From a virus: 64,000 nucleotides of DNA. The position numbers were made by a program, and so were the translations under genes. The stretch is from the IMG/VR virus record IMGVR_UViG_3300025120_000037, positions 4,127-68,126 of that record. The stretch is one strand, 5' to 3'. The notes beneath the pieces are model-generated. The model was given only the letters and a program-made list of their open reading frames with translations. It was not told the origin of the DNA and did no database searches. This document shows positions 38,445 through 48,329 of the stretch, in pieces; position 1 is the stretch's first letter; the number at the start of each line of letters is the position of its first letter.

Positions 38445-39362
38445 TTGTATTCTTCTAGGTCGATCGAGAAAGCAGGCCCAACTATTGATGTTGATGTACT
38501 TGAAGACGTAGTAAGACCTTATACGGGAGCCGTACGAAAGGCTGGATCACCAGGTGTTTTGCAGAGACTTGGTAAACTGTTTGGTAACCCTTTTGTTCAG
38601 GGTTCCATAGATGTTGGCGGACGTCTTCTTGCAGGAGAACCTGTTGCTGAGATAATTCCACAAGTTGGAGGAGGTATGACAGGTTCTGCTATTGGTTCAA
38701 GGTTAGGTTCAAGCTTTGGTCTCCCAGGGCTAATGATTGGGGGTGCCGGTGGGTATTTTTTAGGATCGTATTTGGGCGGTGTGCTTAACGAATCTATTAA
38801 ACCCCAAATCCCCATGTCTCGTACTGGTGTTAGTGGTTTGACGGATTATTTAAATAATATTCCCGACCGAAAGACAGAACCAGTAGTCATTAAAGAGGAG
38901 CCTAATAAGTCTGTTCCAGAGGAAATTACAGATGCAGAGCTCGCGGCATTAAATGAAACAATACAACCTATTGTTCCTGAAAGTGTAAACCCTCCGGCAC
39001 CGCAGACCCCTCGTGTTGAATCTGGTTCATCCGCAGCATTGCCAGGTCGAGATTCAGTGTTGTCCACGCCGAATAATATGCAGAGTGAGTTGCTGAAAGA
39101 GGCAACGACAATGCGACGTGCCAAAGAGATGAAGGAACTTGGAATCACCGGTGGTGACGAAGCTATGAACAAAGGAAGTGCAATGCACACTTGGTTGAGC
39201 ACCCACGGTGACATGGCTGACAATTTGATTCGCGATAAACGAATGCGTGAAGTCCGTATTGCACGAGAATTCGGCCGTGATCTCCCCACTGACGCACGTG
39301 GGATGGACGGCCAGATGGGTAATTTTGAAGCTTTCCGCGCAAATCGCGAAGAATTTGCTTAA
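38445..39362 (+). CDS. Hypothetical protein with glycine zipper (internal virion-like)
   Basis: GGGMTGSAIGSRLG...IGGAGGYFLG. Confidence 0.7.
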   Translation: MYSSRSIEKAGPTIDVDVLEDVVRPYTGAVRKAGSPGVLQRLGKLFGNPFVQGSIDVGGRLLAGEPVAEIIPQVGGGMTGSAIGSRLGSSFGLPGLMIGGAGGYFLGSYLGGVLNESIKPQIPMSRTGVSGLTDYLNNIPDRKTEPVVIKEEPNKSVPEEITDAELAALNETIQPIVPESVNPPAPQTPRVESGSSAALPGRDSVLSTPNNMQSELLKEATTMRRAKEMKELGITGGDEAMNKGSAMHTWLSTHGDMADNLIRDKRMREVRIAREFGRDLPTDARGMDGQMGNFEAFRANREEFA

Positions 39363-39363
39363 T

Positions 39364-39501
39364 TTAAACTGTTTCGATATGAGTTACCACCCATCCTTCA
39401 CGGCTCATTATTAGTTTTTTTTCGTCTTTTTTATCCTGGGGAACGTCGTAGAGATAGAAAACACCATTTCTGTAGCAGTGGAGTCGGGCTAATCCGATCA
39501 C
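39364..39501 (-). CDS. Small hypothetical protein, 45 aa
   Basis: Hand translation MIGLARLHCYRNGVFYLYDVP...GWVVTHIETV; TAAAAT 20 nt upstream. Confidence 0.55.
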   Translation of the reverse strand: MIGLARLHCYRNGVFYLYDVPQDKKDEKKLIMSREGWVVTHIETV

Positions 39502-39631
39502 GGCAGGGGCTCCTGGGTGAAATTTTATTTTAAATCTTCTGGGTATTTATTTATTGTTAGTGCTCCGGTTTTCTTTATACACTTTTATGAGTGCTGTATT
39601 AACGTTGTTTAAATGACTTAGCTATTTAAGG

Positions 39632-39907
39632 ATGCTTTACCAGACTGCAGGTGCTCGTGAATACGCCAAGCAGAGTTTAGAGAAGAGTTTGCGATCAGCA
39701 GTGTGTGCTTACCTTGAGGACTGTGAGCTTTCGCATGAACTTACACCTGCGTTAAAAAAGATCTTGAAGTTGGAGTTTCGTCAACGCAAGCTAGAAGCTC
39801 ATCGGATTGAAGTAATTTTTAATGAGATGTTTGAGAGTAAGGATAAAACTAGTTACGAATACGAGGAAAAGCCTGAGGATGACATTGTCGTTATATCAGA
39901 GGGGTAA
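39632..39907 (+). CDS. Hypothetical protein
   Basis: 91-aa ORF. Confidence 0.6.
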   Translation: MLYQTAGAREYAKQSLEKSLRSAVCAYLEDCELSHELTPALKKILKLEFRQRKLEAHRIEVIFNEMFESKDKTSYEYEEKPEDDIVVISEG

Positions 39908-40093
39908 AAAATAAACCGTGTGGGGCAAGCTCCAAGAGTCAAGGGGTAGATCGCGTTAGAAAAAAATTGTGTTAGCGCAAGCTGCTAATGGAAAAAGTGT
40001 GGGGCGCGGGCCGAACAGCTCTACCTTAGATGCCTTTAAGTGTGCTCACTAACAACCACACCAAAAGACTGACAAAGTAATTCTGTGCGGATC

Positions 40094-40255
40094 TTAATGA
40101 TCGTCATTCCAGTTTGGCGGTAGGGGCGGCTGCTGTGATACATATGTTCGAAAAGTTTCTTGAAGGTCTTCTAAAGTCGTTTCTAGCTCTAAAGCCAACC
40201 GTGCAACATTAGTCTGTCCTTTAAAAAGTAACTCGTGTGCTTCTGTGCGAGTCAT
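40094..40255 (-). CDS. Small hypothetical protein, 53 aa
   Basis: Hand translation MTRTEAHELLFKGQTNVARLALEL... Confidence 0.55.
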   Translation of the reverse strand: MTRTEAHELLFKGQTNVARLALELETTLEDLQETFRTYVSQQPPLPPNWNDDH

Positions 40256-40264
40256 CTAAAGGTA

Positions 40265-40978
40265 TTAGGCAACTTTAGTTACGAGCTGCCATCCGGTGAA
40301 GATAGCTAATTCCATCGAAGCAAATGCGTTGAGTGCCATGTCAACGCCCCGCTTAACGTCAGGGTGAGCGTAATCGTCGAAGATAATTGTTCCGCCGGAC
40401 TTGACCATGGGGACGTACAAGATCGTATCTCGGGCAACGGAAGTTGAATCGTGGGCTCCATCTATATAAAGGAGGTCGATCCAAGGCTCGCCGTTATTTT
40501 TTCGGTTTAGTTCAGGAAAAACGTCCCAGCTGAATCCTTTGATAATCTCAATCTTAGCCGCGTTATCGGACTTAGCGATATTACCTCGAGCAATCAACTC
40601 AATGTTTTCCAATTCTGGGTAGTTTTCTGGATTCTCGTGGTGCTCAGAGCTTCCAGTAAACGGATCGATCGAGGTAAGGCGGGATTCGGGATGACTAAGG
40701 TAGAAATCACTCCAAAAACAGCTAGAAGCACCTTCATAAACACCAATTTCGACGACCTGGCGTTTTTCTTTAGGGTCCAATCGCAACTCTGAGGCTTCTT
40801 CACGGGTACATAGAACTGAATCGGTGTTTAAAAGCGCGTCGTACCACCCTTGATTAAGAGAATAACGATCATCAAGCTTCTTTTTCCCCTGAACCGTCAC
40901 AGTCGGAACCTCAGACTCAGTTTCTTTGTTCATCTGTTCCATCAGATCCTTGAAACTAGGCTGACTTACTGCGGTCAT
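40265..40978 (-). CDS. Class I SAM methyltransferase (Methyltransf_24-like)
   Basis: VEIGVYEGAS, SIDPF, LYIDGAH, GGTIIFDDY. Confidence 0.9.
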   Translation of the reverse strand: MTAVSQPSFKDLMEQMNKETESEVPTVTVQGKKKLDDRYSLNQGWYDALLNTDSVLCTREEASELRLDPKEKRQVVEIGVYEGASSCFWSDFYLSHPESRLTSIDPFTGSSEHHENPENYPELENIELIARGNIAKSDNAAKIEIIKGFSWDVFPELNRKNNGEPWIDLLYIDGAHDSTSVARDTILYVPMVKSGGTIIFDDYAHPDVKRGVDMALNAFASMELAIFTGWQLVTKVA

Positions 40979-41018
40979 CTTGGATTTATAACAATCTTCA
41001 GTACGGTAGCAGGTTTTA

Positions 41019-41047
41019 TTGACAGAACAACTTGAGTGTTCTATGCT
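41019..41047 (+). promoter_or_regulatory. Sigma70-like promoter
   Basis: TTGACA-N17-TATGCT. Confidence 0.65.
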
Positions 41048-41060
41048 CTGAGTACATCAT

Positions 41061-41351
41061 ATGAACATCATGAGCGACTTCAACGTAAAATTTGATAGCA
41101 AAGACGCAGTACCTATCGTCCTAGCCAATCAAGCAACAGAACTTTTAGTTATTGGGATTTTAGCTGTTGTTGCATTACCTCTAGGTCTCTGGGTTTTCTC
41201 CAACCTGTTGGGTTCAGTCCACGGAGCTAAAGCAAAAGGCTTCGAACGTGTTTATAACCTTTGTAAGATCACTCAACTAGAGAAATACGGAGACTTCAAT
41301 GGACGACAATGTAAACGAATCGCTAACTCCTACTACCGCGTCTACAGATAA
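41061..41351 (+). CDS. Membrane hypothetical protein
   Basis: One hydrophobic helix. Confidence 0.6.
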   Translation: MNIMSDFNVKFDSKDAVPIVLANQATELLVIGILAVVALPLGLWVFSNLLGSVHGAKAKGFERVYNLCKITQLEKYGDFNGRQCKRIANSYYRVYR

Positions 41352-41523
41352 GGAGTCTGAAGGGTCTCCAAAGGAGCTGACAGCAGAAGAACTGGAGCTC
41401 TTAGATCAAGCATTAGGAAATTTACAAGAGTTTATTAAAGATGGGTCTACCCATTATGCGTTTGTGGAAGACACGGAACCTACTGAAGCAGAGCTAGAAG
41501 CTATTGAAAAAGAAGAACAGTGA
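41299..41523 (+). CDS. Acidic small protein
   Basis: Glu-rich 74-aa ORF. Confidence 0.55.
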   Translation: MDDNVNESLTPTTASTDKESEGSPKELTAEELELLDQALGNLQEFIKDGSTHYAFVEDTEPTEAELEAIEKEEQ

Positions 41524-41600
41524 CCGTGACGAGTTTTAGTAAAAATGTCGCCTAACCCGCTGACTCGGACTAATATGCTGTCATAGTTAATGGCAGCATA

Positions 41601-42368
41601 GTGTCGTCAATTCCTGTGTTAGGGACTGCGATCGTCAATAATCCTTATTGGCTTCACAGGCTTTTTATGAGTATCGATTACCCAGTCGATAACTTCGTTG
41701 TCTTTAACAACAACGGACGTGGTCAAATTGAGTCTGAGGTCGATGCGTTACATGGCCTAGACAATCCATACGTAAAGAAAGTGCATGTGACTCACATGCC
41801 TGCGAATGTTGGTTGCTCAGGAGCTTGGAATTTAATTATTAAGTGCTTTCTCAAAGCTCCTTACTGGGTGATCAGTAACCATGACGTAATGTTTGAGCCT
41901 GGTTTTCTCGAAGAAATGAACCAGAAAGCTCAGGATCCGGAGGTAGGCACTGTCCATGGGTCAGGAGGCGGTTGGGATATTTTTATGCTTAAAGACTGGG
42001 TCGTCAATAAGTATGGTCTTTTTGATGAAAACCTTTACCCCGGTTACTGCGAGGATATGGATTATGGTATGCGGTTTATTCACGATGATATAAAGCGTGT
42101 TCTTGACCTAGAGCATGATTATTACCACGGTAAATATAAAGATTACACAGACGGATCTCAGACCTGGCGTTCGGAACCAGACCTAGCAATGCCGATTCAC
42201 ATCTGTCATGAGCTCAATAAGAAGTATCTCCACCTCAAATGGGGTGAGGCGTGGCAAGCTCACGTAGATGGCGAAACCCATAAGTCGCCGTTCAACATCT
42301 CAGAGCTCCCAGTAAGTTTCACGACTTACGATCTGGAGTTCGTTCGTAAAAAACACCTAGGTTTCTAA
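41601..42368 (+). CDS. Glycosyltransferase, GT2-like
   Basis: NVGCSGAWN, ISNHDVMF, GLFDENLYPGYCEDMDY. Confidence 0.85.
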   Translation: MSSIPVLGTAIVNNPYWLHRLFMSIDYPVDNFVVFNNNGRGQIESEVDALHGLDNPYVKKVHVTHMPANVGCSGAWNLIIKCFLKAPYWVISNHDVMFEPGFLEEMNQKAQDPEVGTVHGSGGGWDIFMLKDWVVNKYGLFDENLYPGYCEDMDYGMRFIHDDIKRVLDLEHDYYHGKYKDYTDGSQTWRSEPDLAMPIHICHELNKKYLHLKWGEAWQAHVDGETHKSPFNISELPVSFTTYDLEFVRKKHLGF

Positions 42369-43051
42369 TGACTGTACGCCACGTAATTGAATCCGCGTGC
42401 CTCTCTGTGGATGACGACCCAGCAGTACAGAGCTTCGATCACTGGGAATTGGTTTGTGATTCTATTTTTCGTGCTTCAAAGATACGAATCAAAAGTGATA
42501 ATCCAGTAGCCAATGCTTTTCCTGGTGATCACTATCGACTGCTATCAGGTCTACTGACCAGTATGGAGTCTTCAAGACCCTTAAAGTCAATCGTAGAGAT
42601 AGGTACTCACTATGGTAACGGCACTCGAATTTTTTTGGATTACACAAAAGAAGCCAGTGTCGCGTCTTTTGATATTACGAGCTGGGAAAAACACAACACC
42701 ACGTACCTTACTAATGAGGACTTCGAAAGTAACGGAGGTCGGTTAGTTCACTATACGGACGATCTTAAAGAGCAAGATGCGTTTGTTAAACATGCAGAAC
42801 TTCTAGCTCTTTCAGATTTTATTATGTGCGATGGCCCTAAGGACGGTGTGTTTGAGAAAACTTTCTTGTATAAGCTGTCTTTCCTTGATATGCCTAAGAA
42901 GCGTCGTTTCTTATTTCTAGACGATATTCAATTTTTAAGCGAAATTTTGCTTTGGCGGAGTATTCAAAGTCCTAAAATGGATCTGACTTCCTTTGGCCAC
43001 TTCACAGGGTCTGGGTTGGTAGATATCTCAGAAGGTCTTAAACTCTCTTAA
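42368..43051 (+). CDS. SAM methyltransferase-like protein
   Basis: IVEIGTHYG, SFDI, IMCDGPK, FLDDI. Confidence 0.75.
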   Translation: MTVRHVIESACLSVDDDPAVQSFDHWELVCDSIFRASKIRIKSDNPVANAFPGDHYRLLSGLLTSMESSRPLKSIVEIGTHYGNGTRIFLDYTKEASVASFDITSWEKHNTTYLTNEDFESNGGRLVHYTDDLKEQDAFVKHAELLALSDFIMCDGPKDGVFEKTFLYKLSFLDMPKKRRFLFLDDIQFLSEILLWRSIQSPKMDLTSFGHFTGSGLVDISEGLKLS

Positions 43052-43074
43052 TAGCGAAAGCTTTCTTAGAAGAT

Positions 43075-43347
43075 ATGCCTTTTTACTCTTCCTTTACAGA
43101 AGCTGGAAAGCTACAGAACAAACTCAGAGATTTTCTCGGTACGAAGCGCATGTCGTCCTTCGGTTTGAGTAAATTGGCGGGTTTATCACCTACTACCACG
43201 CGTAAAATTTACGCCGATCCGCTTTACTTACCTTCTCCAGAAGTTCTGGAAAAGTTATGTTTGTCATTGGAATGCACTCCTAACGACATACTCGAGATTA
43301 AAGGTAGACTAGACACAAGTAGAGTGGTATCTTCCGGTGTTTTCTAA
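43075..43347 (+). CDS. XRE/Cro-C1-type HTH regulator
   Basis: LSKLAGLSPTT...PSPEVLEKLC..LECTPNDIL. Confidence 0.85.
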   Translation: MPFYSSFTEAGKLQNKLRDFLGTKRMSSFGLSKLAGLSPTTTRKIYADPLYLPSPEVLEKLCLSLECTPNDILEIKGRLDTSRVVSSGVF

Positions 43348-43834
43348 AGCAGATTACGAACTAGCGTCTCGCATGTTAGGTCTGCCGATGCCGGAAACTC
43401 CGGCTGAGCAAGCCGCCGCAGCTCCTATTGTTGCTCAAGTTCTTCGCAATTTTGCTCGTGGGCAAAATCCGATGCCTGGTTTTGAGCAAGAGGGTATGTA
43501 TACCGGGGTGACACGATCTCTTAATGGTTATCCCGACAACAATCAGCCCATGCTGGAGGCAAAAGTTGCGTCTCGTATGCGTACTGAGGGTGAGCCTGCT
43601 CAGGACGATATGTACCTGTTAGAGCTTTTGAGTGAATTAGATCCCGAAGAAGCCCAGGCAATTATCATGATTCTTGAGCTTCTTACTGATCAGAAGGAGG
43701 ATCATATGGATATGCTTTCTGCACAACGGCCAGCTCAGTTCGACACTCCGAACATGGGTGATAATTACAGCATGCTGAACTCTCCTTCCTCCAATGGAAT
43801 TGAGCCTTCTCGTCAGTATCAACAACTGAGCTAA
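43337..43834 (+). CDS. Hypothetical protein
   Basis: 165-aa ORF; TAGACT upstream. Confidence 0.7.
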   Translation: MFSKADYELASRMLGLPMPETPAEQAAAAPIVAQVLRNFARGQNPMPGFEQEGMYTGVTRSLNGYPDNNQPMLEAKVASRMRTEGEPAQDDMYLLELLSELDPEEAQAIIMILELLTDQKEDHMDMLSAQRPAQFDTPNMGDNYSMLNSPSSNGIEPSRQYQQLS

Positions 43835-43839
43835 AAGTT

Positions 43840-44073
43840 ATGAACTTTAGAGAACGTCAATTACGAGAACGAGATGTCCGGAAGTTAGCTCCGGAACTGG
43901 ATGCAGGTAGTTTTATGCAGTTGTATATGGAAAGTAATTTTCCACATACTTCTTCTATTCCTTCTCCCGGTCAGATTAATCAAGATGTTAGTTTGCAACA
44001 GGGGACTAATGATCTAAAATTAATGAAGAAGCCTCTTAGTGGCACTAAATACGACAATCCGGGAGGTTTCTGA
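43840..44073 (+). CDS. Hypothetical protein
   Basis: 77-aa ORF in the same run. Confidence 0.65.
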   Translation: MNFRERQLRERDVRKLAPELDAGSFMQLYMESNFPHTSSIPSPGQINQDVSLQQGTNDLKLMKKPLSGTKYDNPGGF

Positions 44074-44075
44074 TT

Positions 44076-44588
44076 ATGCCTGCAGCCGCGTTACCAGGAT
44101 TAGTAGTGGGCGGGACCTCTGTAAAAGGTCTTGCTGGAGGTTTTCTTAATGCAATCTTGGCTGAGTTGATCGCTAATAAAATAGGTGGTGCTCTTCAAGG
44201 TGGGCTTGGTTCGGGCCTCCAACCTCAGGTTTCCCCAGGCGGTGGTGCTGGTAGCAAGTTTATGATTACGTTGCCAGAGGCGCGTCAGACTGAACTAGAT
44301 TTCGCCAATGAAAATTTTCGTAGGCGCGCACTAAACCTTCCACTACTAGATGCTCAAGATTTTATTGCAGGTAGAGAAGAGCAACTAAGGCAATCAGCTC
44401 GTGAAGCTGGTCAACGAGAATATGCTCGTGAGCAGTTAAAAACTCAGGCTGCCGTTATGCCTTCCATCGCACAGATGGTGGGAACTCAAGCAACGGCTAA
44501 TGCTAGTTTGGGGGGTAACATTGCTCAAAGATTGTTAGAACAAACCATTGCAGACCCTGCAATGCAATACGCTGCTACTGGTAAGTAA
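44076..44588 (+). CDS. Putative internal virion/ejection protein
   Basis: Gly/Ala N-terminus followed by a Gln/Arg helical region. Confidence 0.55.
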   Translation: MPAAALPGLVVGGTSVKGLAGGFLNAILAELIANKIGGALQGGLGSGLQPQVSPGGGAGSKFMITLPEARQTELDFANENFRRRALNLPLLDAQDFIAGREEQLRQSAREAGQREYAREQLKTQAAVMPSIAQMVGTQATANASLGGNIAQRLLEQTIADPAMQYAATGK

Positions 44589-44590
44589 TT

Positions 44591-45256
44591 ATGGTCAACC
44601 CTGTTCCTGCTGTTAATCTTATAGGACGTCTTGCTAGACCTCTTGCTAAACCCCTAGGCATTGCTGCGGCTGGAGCTGGGCTAGGAGGTGCTCTAGGTCT
44701 AGGTACAAAACTTTTCCGAACAATCGATCCTCTTGCACCTACAGAAAGAGAGCGAGATCTACTCGTCGAAGCGGCAGAAAAGGTAGAAAAGGAAAGGGTG
44801 GAAGGTATTGATCGAGAACGTAGATATAGAGACAGAGAATTTGATCAGGTTCAAAAAAGTGACCGTTTTTTACAACAAGCTTTAGAGGGACTTTTAGGAA
44901 GTCAGGTTTCTCAACTAGAAGTTCAAAATAAATTAGCAGAAGCTGCTATAAATCCTGAATTACTAAAAGAAATTGATGATATTAGGACTGAAAATAAACT
45001 TACACAAATTGCAGCCTATCAGCAAGGCGCGATGAATCAGACGCGTGAACTGACACGCCGTAAAATCGAAAGCGACACAATCAATGCTTGGAAAGGGATT
45101 ACTGAAGCTGAGATTAATCGCGATACTGCTATTGGTCTGGGGATGATGCAAATCGCTTACCAATCCGGTATGCCTAACCCCAACCAACTGACCGCCGCTG
45201 CTAACTTTGTTTCACAAGGCCGCGGCGCGTTTACTGCTCCTAAATCCCCTATCTGA
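44591..45256 (+). CDS. Putative internal virion/ejection protein
   Basis: Glycine zipper plus coiled coil. Confidence 0.55.
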   Translation: MVNPVPAVNLIGRLARPLAKPLGIAAAGAGLGGALGLGTKLFRTIDPLAPTERERDLLVEAAEKVEKERVEGIDRERRYRDREFDQVQKSDRFLQQALEGLLGSQVSQLEVQNKLAEAAINPELLKEIDDIRTENKLTQIAAYQQGAMNQTRELTRRKIESDTINAWKGITEAEINRDTAIGLGMMQIAYQSGMPNPNQLTAAANFVSQGRGAFTAPKSPI

Positions 45257-45258
45257 TC

Positions 45259-46059
45259 ATGAGTGCACTTGGTGGACTTGGTACTGCGCTCGGCGCTGTT
45301 GTTGGTTCCGTCGTCCCTGGAGTTGGGACAGCTTTAGGTGCCACGATTGGTGGCGGTTTAGGCTCTGCGGCAGGAGGTCTCTTTGGTGGTGGGGGCAGCG
45401 GAAGCGGTGGCGGTGGCGGTGGAAGTTCCCAAGCGGGTGACTCTTACCTGCAGTTTGCTCAACAAATGGCAGCTGCTAACAGTCCTTTAACCGCTGCTTA
45501 TCAAGGATTGTCTGCTATGCAAGGCGCTCTGGCAGGTGCGATTGGTCAGCAAGGAACAACTCAAGCCAGTGCTCAACTGGGAATACTTACTGAAGGTCTT
45601 CAAAGAGCTCAAAAAGAAGCTCAACTTCTATCTTCAACGGCTGGTTATACATTTGGTAAAGGTATAGATGCTCTTGCTGATCTTCAGAAAGCTAAATTAT
45701 CTACAAACTTACAAGCCCCGCAATTTGCGGCTGCAGCTGGAGCCGCTGCTTTGGCTGGTGAAAATCAAATGGCTAATCTTCTTGGTCAAACGAACATCGG
45801 AGTCCGCGGAAGAGAAGAGGCTACAGCACAAGATATTGCCAAAAAACAAACAGAATTTGTCGGCCAGTCAGCTCTTAATCGTTCCAATGTTGAAGGTCAG
45901 CTAGCTCTCGGAGCTCAGCAGTTCACCTCTGCAGCAGAGCTAGGTAAGCTTAATGTGCTAGGTGACCTTGCTCGCACCAAGGCTCAGACCAAAGGTCAGC
46001 TAGCTATTAAAGATTACGGCAAACGAGCAGCTCTTGCTGGTGTCAGAATGTTTGCATGA
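45259..46059 (+). CDS. DNA pilot-like ejection protein
   Basis: GTALGAVVG..PGVGTALGATIGGGLG, poly-Gly, Ala/Gln-rich helix. Confidence 0.6.
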   Translation: MSALGGLGTALGAVVGSVVPGVGTALGATIGGGLGSAAGGLFGGGGSGSGGGGGGSSQAGDSYLQFAQQMAAANSPLTAAYQGLSAMQGALAGAIGQQGTTQASAQLGILTEGLQRAQKEAQLLSSTAGYTFGKGIDALADLQKAKLSTNLQAPQFAAAAGAAALAGENQMANLLGQTNIGVRGREEATAQDIAKKQTEFVGQSALNRSNVEGQLALGAQQFTSAAELGKLNVLGDLARTKAQTKGQLAIKDYGKRAALAGVRMFA

Positions 46060-46586
46060 TTAAATCTGCAATTGGAGACTCCACAAGCGTGGGCACTTGG
46101 TTGTCTTTGCTTGATAAATCTGAGCAGGATGCTTTTAAGCATTATGCAAAAAACGCCACGAGTGATGTTGAGACTTACCTTTATGCACGGTTTTTAAAAC
46201 CAAGTTACAAAGGTTCAATTGCTGACCTAACTGCCTGGGTTCAGGAGAAGTATCCGAAGGATGACTTACGAAAAGTGCTCTTGATTGAAATTGATGCACT
46301 AAAGATCGATCTTCACAACGTGCGTCAGATGACTTTGACTGGGATGTTGGATCACGCGACGGCTGCGACTAAGATTGCTGTGCTTCAAAAAGAAATTCGT
46401 TCTCATATCCAAGCCGTTAGGCAAATGACAGACGGTCTAGATCGAAGGGGATTGCTTTTGGCTGGTGCTGACCGTTGTCTGCGCGAGCTACTTAACAGTT
46501 TCGAGGATGCTCCTACTGTCCACTCACTACTAGAGGACGCATCGCTTGTTGTGTGGGGAACGATAGAACGCGAAGAAAAGTCCTAA
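46056..46586 (+). CDS. Hypothetical helical protein
   Basis: 176-aa ORF, ATGA overlap. Confidence 0.7.
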   Translation: MIKSAIGDSTSVGTWLSLLDKSEQDAFKHYAKNATSDVETYLYARFLKPSYKGSIADLTAWVQEKYPKDDLRKVLLIEIDALKIDLHNVRQMTLTGMLDHATAATKIAVLQKEIRSHIQAVRQMTDGLDRRGLLLAGADRCLRELLNSFEDAPTVHSLLEDASLVVWGTIEREEKS

Positions 46587-46622
46587 AAATCGACTACAGT
46601 CGATCAAACACATCAAATCAAG

Positions 46623-46997
46623 TTGTCTTCTAGAACTAAAGAGCTGACTCGCAGGTGCTCTTCATGCGGACTAAAAGCAGTTATGGTTATGGAAGTAAGG
46701 CTTTCTCAGCAATCCGGTCACGATTACAACCATAGACGACGTCGACTCGAATGCAAAAACTGCGGACAAAGAGTTACGACCTGGGAGATCCCTGCAGAAG
46801 AGCTTAAAGTTTTGCGCGAGCGCTCTGCCGCACTTAAAAAAATTACCCAAGCAATTAAAACTTTTCAAGATGTCCCTGAGCCAAGTATCCCTTGTTATAA
46901 CTGTATACACAATTGTAAAGAAAATTGTAGTATTGGATTTTTAGAGTTTATGAGCACAGACGCCACAGATTGTTCTGCATATAAAAAAATTGATTAA
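46623..46997 (+). CDS. NrdR-like zinc-ribbon protein
   Basis: CSSCG...RRRRLECKNCGQRVTTWE; additional Cys cluster at the C-terminus. Confidence 0.7.
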   Translation: MSSRTKELTRRCSSCGLKAVMVMEVRLSQQSGHDYNHRRRRLECKNCGQRVTTWEIPAEELKVLRERSAALKKITQAIKTFQDVPEPSIPCYNCIHNCKENCSIGFLEFMSTDATDCSAYKKID

Positions 46998-47170
46998 TTT
47001 TTTCGAAAGTTGTATTCAGATAATTGTCTAAATACTTCTTTCTTTTTTTTCTCTAAAAAATCTTGTTCTTGAGGGTCCCCACCAGGCCATCTTTTTATAG
47101 CGTCACACGTTGTCTTATATTCCAAACGTAAAGCTCGGATGTCGTAAGAAAACGAGAACAAGTAATCCAT
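46994..47170 (-). CDS. Small cyanophage-type protein with WPGGDP motif, 58 aa
   Basis: Hand translation MDYLFSFSYDIRALRLEYKTTCDAIKRWPGGDPQEQDFL... Confidence 0.6.
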   Translation of the reverse strand: MDYLFSFSYDIRALRLEYKTTCDAIKRWPGGDPQEQDFLEKKKKEVFRQLSEYNFRKN

Positions 47171-47237
47171 TTAATTATTGCTAAGGCGGATAGTAATAAG
47201 TCCGCCTTTTTCTGTAAAAGTTAATTTTCTGAAAAAA

Positions 47238-48329
47238 TTAACTATTAACTGAACGCATTAAGCTTAGAACGTTTATAACCGGAGTTCTAAAAATACCCAT
47301 AAAAGAGTCGTTAACACCTAAAGACATTACGAGATCCTCATTGTCATCCACGAAACAGCCAAAGGGCAGTATGCATGCGGGTTGATTTGAGATGTCATTA
47401 CCTACAGCATCAGACCAAGTTACGAGTTCGTCATTTGTTGAACCAGCAAATAAGGGTTCATCTAGTACTCTTGTGATCTTGGTAAAGTCTTTATCAAGTG
47501 TGTAAGCACCAAGACAGTATAAAAGATAAGGACGACGATTCATTTCGCTGACCATGTATTTCCAGTGACAGAACACAAGCCATTCGTCATCAACTGGAAT
47601 AGGCGCTGTGGAGTTAAAAGTAGGAAATTCTCCAGTGATTTTGTTGAGACACGAAGAATCTATGACCTTGTCTTCTTCACCTGGCGTTTTAATAACAATA
47701 GGTTTAGTCGAGTAAAGAAGTCGTAGATCTTCTTTGTCTGAGAAGAAACACCAGTTTTTCTCTGCTTTATCCTTTTCTTGATTCATCCCCACTGGGGGGA
47801 AGTAGCAATCGGTGAGTTTACCGAATTCGTCTATAGCCCCAGTACACACCTTGGGGGCTGTCAATATTTTGTGGCTTGATGAGTCCCACTTAGACGCATA
47901 CGTGCTGGTCACAAACTGACACATCAACGTGTCATCCGGAGCAACAAAAATTCGAGGATCTTCGTAGCTCAGCCGATGCTTGCGGTCAAATAAGTTACGA
48001 GGCGCAAAAATAGTTTCATCATTGACCATCTGACCAATCCAGATGTCGGTAGGTGTGTTGTTGTAATAGAAATACTTTTTATCGTGCCTAAAGACAAACG
48101 GTTCTGGTTGTGATCGCCACGCGATAAGAGTTGCGTCTCTATGTCGAATTACGCAGGGGCTAAAGTTAGCAACACTTCCTTCTGGGAACCCGTACTTAAT
48201 TCGTGTAAAGTTTCCTCCGATGTCATAAGCCTGTTCGTACACAGACGGGTATCCAGACTTGGTCGGGGCGTAAGCGTTCATCACAACGTTTTGATAGACA
48301 GTGCGATAGCGGTGAAATTGTGCTGTCAT
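47238..48329 (-). CDS. GH130-like glycosidase/phosphorylase (beta-propeller)
   Basis: NFSPCV, YEDPRIF, EKNWCFF, MSLGVND. Confidence 0.7.
   Translation of the reverse strand: MTAQFHRYRTVYQNVVMNAYAPTKSGYPSVYEQAYDIGGNFTRIKYGFPEGSVANFSPCVIRHRDATLIAWRSQPEPFVFRHDKKYFYYNNTPTDIWIGQMVNDETIFAPRNLFDRKHRLSYEDPRIFVAPDDTLMCQFVTSTYASKWDSSSHKILTAPKVCTGAIDEFGKLTDCYFPPVGMNQEKDKAEKNWCFFSDKEDLRLLYSTKPIVIKTPGEEDKVIDSSCLNKITGEFPTFNSTAPIPVDDEWLVFCHWKYMVSEMNRRPYLLYCLGAYTLDKDFTKITRVLDEPLFAGSTNDELVTWSDAVGNDISNQPACILPFGCFVDDNEDLVMSLGVNDSFMGIFRTPVINVLSLMRSVNS

Noticed and set aside
43075-43347. Prophage repressor implying lysogeny
   Set aside because: No integrase, att site or host genes are in the window; the HTH alone is insufficient.
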